Assembly: GCA_028288925.1 (NCBI GenBank)
Contig: JAQGHG010000019.1
Location: 72,047-136,046 of the forward strand
Reading direction: 5' to 3'
Origin: Patescibacteria group bacterium
GTDB lineage: Bacteria > Patescibacteriota > Saccharimonadia > UBA4664
Length of the DNA stretch: 64,000 bases
The notes beneath the pieces were generated by a model. That model was given only the letters and a program-made list of their open reading frames with translations. It made no database searches and was not told the origin of the DNA. Below are positions 17,863-27,258 of the stretch, piece by piece. The position numbers were made by a program, and so were the translations under genes. Positions within the stretch are counted from its first letter, which is position 1, and each line of letters opens with the position of its first letter.

Positions 17863-18341
17863 TCAGGGCGCATCCGCCATACCCGCCGCAGCCCCGCAAC
17901 CGACAATTCCACCCGATAATCCCGCACAAACCGCCCATCCTTCCACTCCGTCCCATTCGTCCATATTTGCAATGGCCGCGCCCGATACACCCGCCGGACC
18001 GCCTCGCCCATAAAACGGGCCGGATCACCAGCCGCCTGGCCCTTCTTCAGCCGCCGGGCCAACCGAATCTGGCCGGGATCAGCCAGCTCGCTCACCCGCG
18101 CCCGAACATACACCCCGGCTCCCTCCCCCTCAGGCACAGTCGAGTCATACACCACGATAAACACCAGCCCGTTCGCCCGTACATTGCGCGAATGCTGGTT
18201 TTCTTTGTCCGAAAACCAATACAAGTTCAGCTCATCATCCACCACTACCCGCACCGGGCTATTCCACGGCTGCCCGTCCGCACTCACCGTCGCCAGGGTC
18301 GCATACTGAATCCGCCGCAAAATCCCAATCGCTTTCTTCAT
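17853..18341 (-). CDS. pyridoxamine 5'-phosphate oxidase-family FMN-binding protein
   Basis: ATLATVSADGQPWNSPV...LYWFSDKENQHSRNVRANG pattern of PNPOx-like split-barrel proteins. Confidence 0.7.
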   Translation of the reverse strand: MKKAIGILRRIQYATLATVSADGQPWNSPVRVVVDDELNLYWFSDKENQHSRNVRANGLVFIVVYDSTVPEGEGAGVYVRARVSELADPGQIRLARRLKKGQAAGDPARFMGEAVRRVYRARPLQIWTNGTEWKDGRFVRDYRVELSVAGLRRVWRMRPDVR

Positions 18342-18381
18342 AACCCCAGCCTACCCGCCACACTCCACACTCGAGAAATAG

Positions 18382-18410
18382 TTGTGCGAAAAAATGCACA
18401 ACATTATAAT
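18382..18410 (+). promoter_or_regulatory. near-consensus promoter TTGTGC-N17-TATAAT, 6 nt before ATG (leaderless transcript likely)
   Basis: Perfect -10 at 18405-18410; ATG of TrmB-like gene at 18417. Confidence 0.5.
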
Positions 18411-18416
18411 CACTCT

Positions 18417-19217
18417 ATGACGCCCAATCTTCCCACCCTCCAGGCCTACTTCACCAAGCTCGGATTAGCCGCCGAAGCCGCCGATATCTACCTCGCGCTC
18501 CACCAGCGAGGCCCCCAAACCATCTCGGCCCTGGCCCGCAATTCCCATATTGAGCGCACCCGGCTCTACCGGCTCCTCCCCGAGCTCACCGCGGCCGGCC
18601 TCATCGAAACCGAAACTCGCTACAAGCATGGCGTCGTCAAGGCCGCCCCCATCACCAACCTGCGCGTTCTCCTAGCTCAAAAAGAGGCCGAACTATCGGG
18701 CCTCCAAGACGAATTAAGCCTGATCGACCAAACCCTCACCCAAAGCCACTCCCTCAACTCCGCTGCCACCAAAGTTCAGTTCTACCAAGGCGCCGAGGGC
18801 CTGCGCCAAATGCGCTGGAACGAACTGCGCGCCCACACCGACATTATCGGCTACGGCCACCGCATCTTCGACGAAGGCACCGGCCGCACCTTTATGGAAC
18901 GCTGGGCCGCCGAATTCGAGCAGCGCGGCTTGCGCAAAAAAATCCTCATCGGCGACGATTTCATCGCCAGCTGGCGCGAAAACCGGCCCAAGGTCGCCAT
19001 CCAACGCCGCATCAAGGGCACCGAGTACAACTACATCGAGCCCGCCGTCCTCAACATCACTCATTCATGCGATATCTACGACAACGTCACCACCAACTTC
19101 GGCTGGAAAGACGGCGAAATATTTGGCTTCGAGATCTACAACCAAGACATCGCCGACACTCAACGCCGGCTGCTTGAGCTCATTTGGGCTCAATCTAAGC
19201 CGGAAACGCGCATATAA
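18417..19217 (+). CDS. TrmB-family transcriptional regulator
   Basis: N-terminal wHTH LGLAAEAADIYLALHQRGPQTISALARNSHIERTRLYRLLPELTAAGLIE; upstream 233 codons of the 17718 ORF are read-through with no coding character. Confidence 0.7.
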   Translation: MTPNLPTLQAYFTKLGLAAEAADIYLALHQRGPQTISALARNSHIERTRLYRLLPELTAAGLIETETRYKHGVVKAAPITNLRVLLAQKEAELSGLQDELSLIDQTLTQSHSLNSAATKVQFYQGAEGLRQMRWNELRAHTDIIGYGHRIFDEGTGRTFMERWAAEFEQRGLRKKILIGDDFIASWRENRPKVAIQRRIKGTEYNYIEPAVLNITHSCDIYDNVTTNFGWKDGEIFGFEIYNQDIADTQRRLLELIWAQSKPETRI

Positions 19218-19349
19218 ATCCCGCAGGGCCGGCTTTCGCAGCAAAGGGAGGCTACGGCCACACACCAAGTATTCGCATAATGATACTAGTCTTATAAATG
19301 CCTTTTAACAGTCCAAATTATGGCTTGGTAGAAAGACTACTAGAGATAT

Positions 19350-19394
19350 GCTTGACGATATTATCGAGTAGTATCAATATGCGACTACTTCACG
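19350..19394. repeat. 45-bp conserved intergenic element, copy 2
   Basis: GCTTGACGATATTATCGAGTAGTATCAATATGCGACTACTTCACG; between convergent 3' ends of TrmB-like and nadD. Confidence 0.8.
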
Positions 19395-19411
19395 CTACGA
19401 CGAAACCACCC

Positions 19412-20005
19412 CTAGCGATACAACCCCTGCTGCCGCACATACTCCCGCACCCGCTCATCCAACTCCACCGACTGCTCACCCCGCCGCAAAGCCTCCCTCG
19501 CCTGCCGCGAAGACGCCTCGGTGTGGTCCGCGAAAGTGAACACCCGCGCGTCCAGCATCGTACCCAGCTCGTCCCCCAACCGCCCGCGCAAAGCCGCTAG
19601 CTCATCGCCCGTTCCTGGTCGTTGGGCTACCGCAAATGATGTATTCCGCACAACAAATTCGAACCCTTCCCAGCTGTCCAGACGCCCAATCGTATCCATA
19701 CCTACAATAAAAACAAACCGCTCGTCCGGATACCGCGCCATCAGCTGCGCAAACCCGGCCATCGTATGCAACCCGCGATAATCCTCCACGCGCAAGCCCG
19801 GCTCGCCCGCCACAGCCAGCTCCGCCATCGCCCGACGGTGCTCATAGGCCGTCACGCCGGCCTTATGCGCCGAGGCCACGTTCACTAGCAACCACACTTC
19901 AGCCAGATCGCACTCGCGCATCGCCGCCCGCGCCAGCGCCACATGCCCCAGATGCACCGGGTCAAAGGTGCCGGTCAGCAGACCGATCGCCGGGCGGCCG
20001 GTCAT
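19412..20005 (-). CDS. nadD: nicotinate-nucleotide adenylyltransferase
   Basis: GLLTGTFDPVHLGH (HxGH nucleotidyltransferase motif). Confidence 0.85.
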   Translation of the reverse strand: MTGRPAIGLLTGTFDPVHLGHVALARAAMRECDLAEVWLLVNVASAHKAGVTAYEHRRAMAELAVAGEPGLRVEDYRGLHTMAGFAQLMARYPDERFVFIVGMDTIGRLDSWEGFEFVVRNTSFAVAQRPGTGDELAALRGRLGDELGTMLDARVFTFADHTEASSRQAREALRRGEQSVELDERVREYVRQQGLYR

Positions 20006-20593
20006 TTACGAACCAAGTACTTGCCGCACCCGCTGTGCCACTTCCTCGGGCGTACCACTCGCGTCCACCTCCACCAGCAGCCCCTTTCCCCGGTAAAACT
20101 CCAGCGCCGGCACCACATCCTCGTTGTACCGCGTCCACCGCTCATCCTGCACGTGCTCCGCGTCGTCCGGCCGGGCGTGCACAGCAGCTCGCTTGGCGCT
20201 ACGCTTACGAGCCTCAGCCTCATCAATCTTGAGTGACACCACGTGCTCCAGCTGCCGCCCGATCGTCGGCAAAAACTCCACCACCCATTGGGCCTCAGCC
20301 AGCTTTTTGGCTCCATCAAAGACGATGGCCCGCTCTAGCGGCACACTGGTCAAAGCTTTGCGAATAAGCTCGCGGATATAATCCGACGGCGCCAAATCGC
20401 CCTTATTTACATCTGTCATTATGCTCGGGTCATTATCGCTCCGCAGCAAATCTCCGGCCGAAAATTGTACCGCCCCCAGATGCTCCGCCAACAATCCGAC
20501 CTGGGTCCCCTTGCCGGCATTTGGCGGCCCCACCACCACAATTACCCGGCCTGCTGTTTGATCACTCACAAGTTCCCACGTTCCTTTAATCAA
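20006..20593 (-). CDS. adenylate kinase-family nucleoside monophosphate kinase (divergent)
   Basis: VVVGPPNAGKGTQ P-loop like ADK GxPGxGKGTQ; lacks typical GFPR motif, so substrate uncertain. Confidence 0.65.
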   Translation of the reverse strand: MIKGTWELVSDQTAGRVIVVVGPPNAGKGTQVGLLAEHLGAVQFSAGDLLRSDNDPSIMTDVNKGDLAPSDYIRELIRKALTSVPLERAIVFDGAKKLAEAQWVVEFLPTIGRQLEHVVSLKIDEAEARKRSAKRAAVHARPDDAEHVQDERWTRYNEDVVPALEFYRGKGLLVEVDASGTPEEVAQRVRQVLGS

Positions 20594-20733
20594 ATGTGTT
20601 GCGACCCATTATAACCAGGCCAAAAGAAACAGACAAACAGATATGCCGGCTAAAGCTTCCACCTCAGCCTTTTCCCCATTTCCGCCAAAGTTATCCACTG
20701 GCAAAAATACCAGTCATATGACAACATGTAGTC

Positions 20734-21177
20734 ATGAAATGTCCTTTTTGCCGCCAAACCAACACCGAGGTCTACAACACCCGCGGCACGAAGTTTGGTA
20801 CTCAAACCTGGCGCCGGCGACGCTGCCTAGACTGCGGCCAGGCCTTCACCACCTACGAGGCGCCCGATCTGCGCTTCCTCAAGGTCGCGAAATCTACGGG
20901 CAAGCCCCGGTCCTACTCCCGCGCCAAACTCTTCTCCGGCCTCTACGCCGCCTTCCTGGACGTACCGCACAAGGACGAGACCATCGACGCCGTCACCGAC
21001 ACCATCGAATCCAAGCTGCTAGATCTTCGCCAGTCGCAGGTCTCCACGCAACAAATCGCCGTCATTGTGTTGTCGACATTAAAACACTTCAATACCGCCG
21101 CCTTCTTGCGCTACCTTACCACCCATACCGATCTAGCATCACCCGGCCAACTCGCCCGCGAGCTTAAGCGGTACTAA
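20734..21177 (+). CDS. nrdR: transcriptional repressor NrdR (zinc ribbon plus ATP-cone)
   Basis: MKCPFC...RRRRCLDCGQAFTTYE zinc ribbon identical in pattern to NrdR, followed by ATP-cone-like region. Confidence 0.85.
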   Translation: MKCPFCRQTNTEVYNTRGTKFGTQTWRRRRCLDCGQAFTTYEAPDLRFLKVAKSTGKPRSYSRAKLFSGLYAAFLDVPHKDETIDAVTDTIESKLLDLRQSQVSTQQIAVIVLSTLKHFNTAAFLRYLTTHTDLASPGQLARELKRY

Positions 21178-21245
21178 GGAGCCTCCCTGGCCGAGGAGGC
21201 TCCCAACGCAAGGAGGCTCCTCGTACGAGGAGCCTCCTTTTTTCC
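21178..21245. terminator. repeat-built bidirectional terminator (GGAGCCTCC / GGAGGCTCC units) with T-run
   Basis: Four 9-mers at 21178, 21195, 21212, 21229 in both orientations forming 9-bp hairpins; TTTTTT at 21238. Confidence 0.7.
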
Positions 21246-21265
21246 GGACCAAAGGGCCGAAGAAC

Positions 21266-21961
21266 CTACTTTTTGTCGCGCCGGTCCTTGGTGCCTTCGT
21301 TCTCTTCGCTCACCACTACCGGCTTCTCTTCCTTCACGCCCTCAGGGAGCTCATTGGCTTCGTCCACCGCCTCATCCAGCTCTTCCATCTCAGCATCGCT
21401 ACGAGGAGGCTCTACGCGCGCCACGAGGGTATCTAGTTCCTCGTTGGTCACCAGCTTCACACCGGCCGGGATCTTCAGGTCGCCCAGCGTAATCGTCTTC
21501 TCGAAGTCATCGAGCACCGTGATGTCGACTTCCAAGAATTCCGGCAGGTCGCCCGGCAGACATTCTACCTCGACCGCCTCGACGTTCTTCAGGAGCGTAC
21601 CTTCTTCCTGGAAGACCGCGATGGATTCGCCCACGAAGTGCAGCGGCACCTCGGCCTTGAGCTCTTCATCCATGCGTACCACGAACAAGTCGACGTGGGT
21701 CAGGCCGCCCTTAAGCGAGTCCCGTTGCACATCGGAGATAAGGACGTTGCGCGCCCGGCCTTCGCCGATCTGCAAATTCACAATCTTGTTGCCGCCGGCC
21801 AAGTGGAAGACCTTCTCGATCACCTTCGACTCCAGCTCCACCGGCTCCGACTTCAACCCCTTGCCGTATACTACGGCCGGAACTTTACCCTCAGCCCGCA
21901 ACCGTTTGGCCTTCTTACCCAGAACTGTACGTTTGGCTGCTGCCAATTCAATTTTTTCCAT
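21266..21961 (-). CDS. rplY: 50S ribosomal protein L25/general stress protein Ctc
   Basis: N-terminal L25 domain (KRTVLGKKAKRLRAEGKVPAVVYG) plus acidic C-terminal extension. Confidence 0.85.
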   Translation of the reverse strand: MEKIELAAAKRTVLGKKAKRLRAEGKVPAVVYGKGLKSEPVELESKVIEKVFHLAGGNKIVNLQIGEGRARNVLISDVQRDSLKGGLTHVDLFVVRMDEELKAEVPLHFVGESIAVFQEEGTLLKNVEAVEVECLPGDLPEFLEVDITVLDDFEKTITLGDLKIPAGVKLVTNEELDTLVARVEPPRSDAEMEELDEAVDEANELPEGVKEEKPVVVSEENEGTKDRRDKK

Positions 21962-22290
21962 TACTTACCTTTCTTCACGAATGTCTTTGATTTAGAGATC
22001 CAGCGGTGAAACTCCGCGATCTCACCGGCAGTAATGGCGCCCTTGGAGGCAAATTTGGCCTCCTCGCTCTGCCGCAAATCGGATTTGCGCTTGGCGCCGC
22101 CCTTGCCATTCACGCTCACTGTGGCTAATACCGGTAGAGAGCAATTATGACAGGAAAGCTGCACAAAGCAATACAAATCGATCTCCCCCAAGAACCGAAT
22201 GTCATCAAAATGATAATTCGTCTCACACGAGGGACACTTATAGAACTCCTGCAAGTTCCGGATAAGTTCCTGTAAATACTTTGGCTGCAT
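21961..22290 (-). CDS. small zinc-ribbon hypothetical protein
   Basis: CPSC...CHNC pairs; stop overlaps rplY start by 1 nt (co-transcribed). Confidence 0.5.
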   Translation of the reverse strand: MQPKYLQELIRNLQEFYKCPSCETNYHFDDIRFLGEIDLYCFVQLSCHNCSLPVLATVSVNGKGGAKRKSDLRQSEEAKFASKGAITAGEIAEFHRWISKSKTFVKKGK

Positions 22291-22419
22291 AGGGTGCTCC
22301 CCCGTTACAATCCCATCTTACCATCCGGGCCCACCCAGCAACAAACATAGGGGTTACCGAAAAAGCCGGGCTTATGGGACGGTTTGTTTGGGGCTTTGCC
22401 GTAGGACTTTACGCCCCGG

Positions 22420-23481
22420 CTACTTCACCACAACCTTGCGGCGGCGCGACCAATCGCGCCAAATGAGGCCTCCGATCGCCGCCGCCATCGAGGCTACCAG
22501 CACCCCCATGGCCACCAGCTTAGCCATTGAGTCGGCCATCACGGCCACGGTGCCAAATACACCAGCCACCGCGTACAGCGTAAGCACCGCCTGGCGCTGG
22601 CTCATGCCGGCATCGATCAGCAAGTGGTGAAAATGCTGCCGGTCAGCCCGAAACGGCGAGGTCCGCCGCGCCAGCCGCCGCGTAGCCGCCCACAACGCGT
22701 CAATGATCGGAAAGCCCAGCACCAGCGCCGCCGTCGCGATCTTGGCGCCCGAATATATCGACAGCATCGCCAGTACCAACCCCAAGAAATACGCCCCCGA
22801 ATCGCCCATGAATATCCGCGCCGGAAAGAAATTATAAGGCAAGAAACCCAGCGCCGCCCCCGCCAGCACGATCGCCAATAACGCCACCGCCGGCTGGTGC
22901 ACCTCCGGCCCCACTGCCACCGCGAACATCACCAGAGCCGCGATCCCACTCACGCCGCAGGCCAGGCCGTCCAAGCCATCCAGAAAATTCACCGTATTGG
23001 CCAGCCCCACCATCCAAATCAAGCTCAACGCGTTGGCGATCGGCATAATGTGAAAATGTACGCCCAGCAGCTCAAAATTAGTCCGCCCCCAGCTCAAGTC
23101 AATCGTCCCGCCCAAAGGGTTGGTAATGCTCGTAATGCCGATGCCGCCCGCCAGCGCCACGCCGGCCGCCACAAACTGCCACGCCAGCTTGGTCCATGGC
23201 GAGAGACCGCGCTTGTCGTCCACTATACCCACCACTACCAGAATCGCGCAGCCCACCAGCAACGCCGCCAGCTGCCGATTGAGCGGCGCCAGCGCCAACA
23301 CCGCCAGCGCGAAGCCCACGAATATCGCCACGCCGCCCAGATACGCCACCGGCCGCTTATGAATCTTGCGCGCCTCGCTCGGCTGGTCCATGACGCCATG
23401 CGCCAAGGCGTACCGCCGCACTAGCGGCGTCGCCACCGCGCTCACCGCGAATGCCAACCCAAATCCCAGCAGGTAGTTCAT
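22420..23481 (-). CDS. glycosyltransferase family 4, polyprenyl-phosphate N-acetylhexosamine-1-phosphate transferase (WecA/TagO/MraY superfamily)
   Basis: VGIVDDKRGLSP and NTVNFLDGLDGLA motifs; about 10 TM; start at MNYLLG with GGAGGG SD. Confidence 0.75.
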   Translation of the reverse strand: MNYLLGFGLAFAVSAVATPLVRRYALAHGVMDQPSEARKIHKRPVAYLGGVAIFVGFALAVLALAPLNRQLAALLVGCAILVVVGIVDDKRGLSPWTKLAWQFVAAGVALAGGIGITSITNPLGGTIDLSWGRTNFELLGVHFHIMPIANALSLIWMVGLANTVNFLDGLDGLACGVSGIAALVMFAVAVGPEVHQPAVALLAIVLAGAALGFLPYNFFPARIFMGDSGAYFLGLVLAMLSIYSGAKIATAALVLGFPIIDALWAATRRLARRTSPFRADRQHFHHLLIDAGMSQRQAVLTLYAVAGVFGTVAVMADSMAKLVAMGVLVASMAAAIGGLIWRDWSRRRKVVVK

Positions 23482-23634
23482 ACTATGCGGCCCTCCCACC
23501 AGCATGAGCCAAAGCGGCCTGAGCGGAGGTACGGACGGACCCACCATTAGCTCTGAGCCAGGATACACTCGTATGCTCCAAGCCGTCCAAGGCGCGAAGG
23601 TCTAATGTGGGCCGATCGTACCTCCGCGAAAAAG

Positions 23635-25323
23635 TCATTTCTTCTTCGTAGCCTTAGGAGTCACATAAAATTCCAAATAGCGCCCAAACATCAACCGCGT
23701 CTGCGCGTTAATCGCCGCGAACGCCGAGAAACACATACTCGTGATCGGCAGCAACGACCACTGGCCGATCATCACCAAGAACCGCCAACCCCGGTAGCGC
23801 TCCGGCTTGGGCGGTAGCGAAATCACGCTGATGAAAATGGTAATCGCAATCGTCACCGAAGCCAGCGTCAGAATCCGCGAGGTGATGATCGGCAGGTTAT
23901 GCGCCAACGACTGGTACGAAAACTGCCGGTTCAAAAACAGCGGCAGCCAAGCCACAAACGTCAAAATCAGCGGCGCCGTCGCCCACGAGAAGTGCCCCTC
24001 GAACAACCGCCCTATCTGCACCAGCTTATTACTCCAGGGGATCTTCTTGTTCTTAATCGCATTGCGTACCACGTACGAAAAATCGCTCACTCCCCAGGCC
24101 CACCGCCGCAGCTGCAAAAACTGCACCTTAAACGTCTTGAGCAGCGTCGAATCCAGGACGGCATCCTGATACACCGGCGTAAACACCGGCACCACCTCGT
24201 GGTCGCCGTCGTACGTAAAGTACGTCCGCCAGAATTGGTGGCCGTCCTCCACGATCGTCGTCACACTCCAGTAATCTGTGGCGATCAGTGCGGCTAGGCT
24301 CTGGGCGTGCGCCGCGAAGTTGCGTAGCCGGTGCGGGCGCATCGTCTCCATCAGCAGCCAAAACGAGTTACCCGTCGCGATCACCCGCATCGGCGCCGGC
24401 ACATCCCAAATATTGTTGTAAAACATCGGAATCGGCTGAAAACTCTTGTGTATGCGATTGGGGTCACTCGCGTACAAGTACGACAGGTACGCGAAATAGT
24501 TTTGGCTCGCCCGGTGGTCACTATCAAAAGTCGTCACCACCACGTGCTCCGGATCAATTCCCCGCTTCTCGACCTCGGCCGTCAGCCTACGCCCGGCGTA
24601 AGTAATGTTTCCGCCTTTGCCAATAATTTCACCTTCTAGCCCGTAGGGATGTTTTACCGCCATCGCTAGCCCAAATTTGTCACCGTAGCGCCTGATCAGC
24701 TCCTTGACGTTCGCCTCGATCTCCGCGCCGCCCCGTTCCTCGTAGGCTATCACCACCATCAGGCGCTCCAGCGGGAAGTCCACCTCGGTAAGCGACCGGA
24801 TCGAAGGGTCCAGTGTGTCCATCGACTCGTTGTATGTAGCTACGACTACCGCGTGGTACACCGTATCCGGGTCCATCAGTGTGGTGCGATGGGCCATTAG
24901 CGTGGCCAGTTGCTCCTGGTCATCCCTGAGCAGCCGGAAATGTTTGCGCGCCGGAGTGTCCCGCCACCACCATCGCCGCCGCGCATGTGGATACTTTTTT
25001 ACCAATGAACGAATCGCCTCTTCATTCTGAACAATAAATTTATCCGGGTCTTTCAGCCAGTCCAACCGGGCACTCCAGTTCAACTTCTGCGCCAAGTGTA
25101 ATCTACGGTAGCCGCGAATCAAATTTATACTCAGACGGAACGACTTGATCATCCAGTACAGATCAAAAGCGATAATAAAGTACGCCACCCACACCGGCTC
25201 TATCAGGCTGAGCACAATCGGCAATGTCAGCGTCAACCACGTCACCGCCCCGGGAAAGATCTCCAAGAGCCGCACAAACCACCGCTCATCTGCCCAGTGT
25301 GTCGTAGCGGTAGAAGTAGCCAT
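23635..25323 (-). CDS. processive family-2 glycosyltransferase (cellulose-synthase-like) membrane protein
   Basis: VVVATYNE, DSD and QLRRWAWG (QxxRW) motifs flanked by TM segments. Confidence 0.75.
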   Translation of the reverse strand: MATSTATTHWADERWFVRLLEIFPGAVTWLTLTLPIVLSLIEPVWVAYFIIAFDLYWMIKSFRLSINLIRGYRRLHLAQKLNWSARLDWLKDPDKFIVQNEEAIRSLVKKYPHARRRWWWRDTPARKHFRLLRDDQEQLATLMAHRTTLMDPDTVYHAVVVATYNESMDTLDPSIRSLTEVDFPLERLMVVIAYEERGGAEIEANVKELIRRYGDKFGLAMAVKHPYGLEGEIIGKGGNITYAGRRLTAEVEKRGIDPEHVVVTTFDSDHRASQNYFAYLSYLYASDPNRIHKSFQPIPMFYNNIWDVPAPMRVIATGNSFWLLMETMRPHRLRNFAAHAQSLAALIATDYWSVTTIVEDGHQFWRTYFTYDGDHEVVPVFTPVYQDAVLDSTLLKTFKVQFLQLRRWAWGVSDFSYVVRNAIKNKKIPWSNKLVQIGRLFEGHFSWATAPLILTFVAWLPLFLNRQFSYQSLAHNLPIITSRILTLASVTIAITIFISVISLPPKPERYRGWRFLVMIGQWSLLPITSMCFSAFAAINAQTRLMFGRYLEFYVTPKATKKK

Positions 25324-25730
25324 TACCGGACCACCCCAAAGGCCATCGAGATAATGAAGCTAAAGATCGCCACAACCCCCGAACCCGTCAGCAAAAAGAA
25401 GCTGGCCAGCCGGCTACGACCGAAGCCATGGTAGGCAAAATAACCGTTTACGAGCGTCACGCCCAGGGCGAAAAAAACGATAAGAAACGGAGAGTACCAC
25501 GGACCGAGCAGATCAAACCCCCCGCCCAGATTCGAATAACGCGTCGGCACCGGCACATCGGTAGGATGCACGCGCAATACCAGGCCCACCAGATTCAGAC
25601 CGTTCACCAGCAAAGCCCCTACCAATATGGCCACACTCAACCGGTCACGAAAAAAGCGCTGTTTCAGCACATCGTTCAGACTATCTTGAAGAGTCCGCCG
25701 AAGCGAGCTCAGGGGCGGAAAGCCATTCAT
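25323..25730 (-). CDS. small membrane protein coupled to GT2 gene
   Basis: Two predicted TM helices; stop overlaps GT2 ATG; start at MNGFPP is a guess. Confidence 0.4.
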   Translation of the reverse strand: MNGFPPLSSLRRTLQDSLNDVLKQRFFRDRLSVAILVGALLVNGLNLVGLVLRVHPTDVPVPTRYSNLGGGFDLLGPWYSPFLIVFFALGVTLVNGYFAYHGFGRSRLASFFLLTGSGVVAIFSFIISMAFGVVR

Positions 25731-25796
25731 ACGCATCATTATACCATTGTCACGTCCGTCCATCGATCTAAGCGTCATCCGGCCATAATGTGCGGA

Positions 25797-25828
25797 GTTC
25801 CGCCCCGGGCACGCACCCGGGGCGGAAC
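25797..25828. other. perfect 13-bp GC-rich inverted repeat with 6-nt loop
   Basis: GTTCCGCCCCGGG-CACGCA-CCCGGGGCGGAAC; no flanking T-run, so not a classic terminator. Confidence 0.8.
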
Positions 25829-26171
25829 CATCGGCAGGCTGGTCAAACACACTGCTTCAGACGATGATTGCCAGTGTTGCCGACCCATACGTCCGGCACT
25901 AGAACAGGCCTCGCGGCTCCCAACAGGCGCGTTATGTGATCGCTCTGGATGCCGTCCCACACCGTTGACCCCTGACCCGCGTCGTTCTGGACGCGTTGGC
26001 CGGTGGTCTGGCACACCACCGTTACAACATCGCCCCGCATGCTCGTATGATCCGAGCAGAAAGGCGCGGTCACACTGTAGGTGGACGTCTAGGGTACGGG
26101 ACTCTGCATTTTTAAATAATCACCATCGCCCAATCAATGAGCATACTTCTAAAGCCCACAACCCTCTATCT

Positions 26172-27257
26172 TCACCGCCGGCCATCAAACTCCTGCAAAC
26201 TTCGCATTAACGCATCAAAATCCCGACTCCCCAGGGACGGGAAATTCGCGATCCGCAAATGTTGCTCCTTGAAAGGTTTATACCCTTTGCCAAGCATTAA
26301 TCCATCCCCTGCTAGCCGCGCGTGAAGCGCCGCGTTGCCCCCGCGCACATCGGCCACTACTACCGTTGTCGAACGCCACAGCGAATCCGCCACAAATGGC
26401 TCCAGATGATCGCTACCTTCCAACACCTCATACAACCGCTTGGCCCGGCTCTGATTGGTAGCCCGCAGCTGCGGCACGCCGCCTGCCAGCATATCCGCGG
26501 CTACCCTGCCCAACAAATAAATCCCCAATACATTGGGCGTGGCCGGGGTTTGAAACTTGGCAGCCCCTTCGGCCAGCTCCACCAGATTATGAAAACTCCC
26601 TACCGCCGCGCCATCCCGGCGCAGCGCCGCCGCCCGCTCAAGCGCCCGCGGGCTCGCCACTACTACCCCCAAACCCGCCGGCAGCCCGAAGGCCTTTTGG
26701 ACCGAGAAAAACACAAAGTCGAGCCCCTCCCAGGGCAACTCCGCTAGCGGAGCAGACGACACCACATCAAGCGCCACCAGCCACCGGTGCGGTGGGCGCA
26801 CCAGACGGGCCAGATCAGCCGCCGCGAAAACCGTACCTGTGCTCGTCTCGTTGTGCGTCAGGCACAGCAGCTCGGTGTCGTCCGGCACTTCGTAGTCCCC
26901 TTGCGCGAACCCCTGCCCGGCCTCGGCCCGGCGTACCGTGGTGGTCTTGCCCAACTGGCCCGCTATCTGCAACCACTTCTCCGCGAACGCTCCGCTCACC
27001 AAATGGTGGCTGCGCCTATCCACCACACCCTGCACTACCCGCTCCATCGCCTCAGTGGCCGAGCCCACAAACATCAATGTGTAACCATCCGGCACACCCA
27101 TCAACTCACGTACCGCGACATCGGCCCGCCGGTAGATGTCCTTGAAAGCCTGCCCGCGATGGGACAACGAAACAATCTGCTCCGACCACGCATCATCCAG
27201 AAATTCCCGCAACCGCGGGTATGGCTCAGACGGCCCCGGCGTCAAATACACCGCCAT
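26172..27257 (-). CDS. serC: phosphoserine aminotransferase (class V aminotransferase)
   Basis: 361 aa; PLP-lysine region FFSVQKAFGLPAGLGVVVAS; operon with serA. Confidence 0.8.
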   Translation of the reverse strand: MAVYLTPGPSEPYPRLREFLDDAWSEQIVSLSHRGQAFKDIYRRADVAVRELMGVPDGYTLMFVGSATEAMERVVQGVVDRRSHHLVSGAFAEKWLQIAGQLGKTTTVRRAEAGQGFAQGDYEVPDDTELLCLTHNETSTGTVFAAADLARLVRPPHRWLVALDVVSSAPLAELPWEGLDFVFFSVQKAFGLPAGLGVVVASPRALERAAALRRDGAAVGSFHNLVELAEGAAKFQTPATPNVLGIYLLGRVAADMLAGGVPQLRATNQSRAKRLYEVLEGSDHLEPFVADSLWRSTTVVVADVRGGNAALHARLAGDGLMLGKGYKPFKEQHLRIANFPSLGSRDFDALMRSLQEFDGRR

Positions 27258-27258
27258 G

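Noticed and set aside
17718-19217. 499-aa plus-strand ORF as a single protein
   Set aside because: The first 233 codons are a stop-free read-through with Pro/His/Arg-rich junk composition. They overlap the well-supported minus-strand PNPOx gene. A perfect promoter plus an ATG at 18417 starts the recognisable TrmB domain, so only 18417..19217 was kept.
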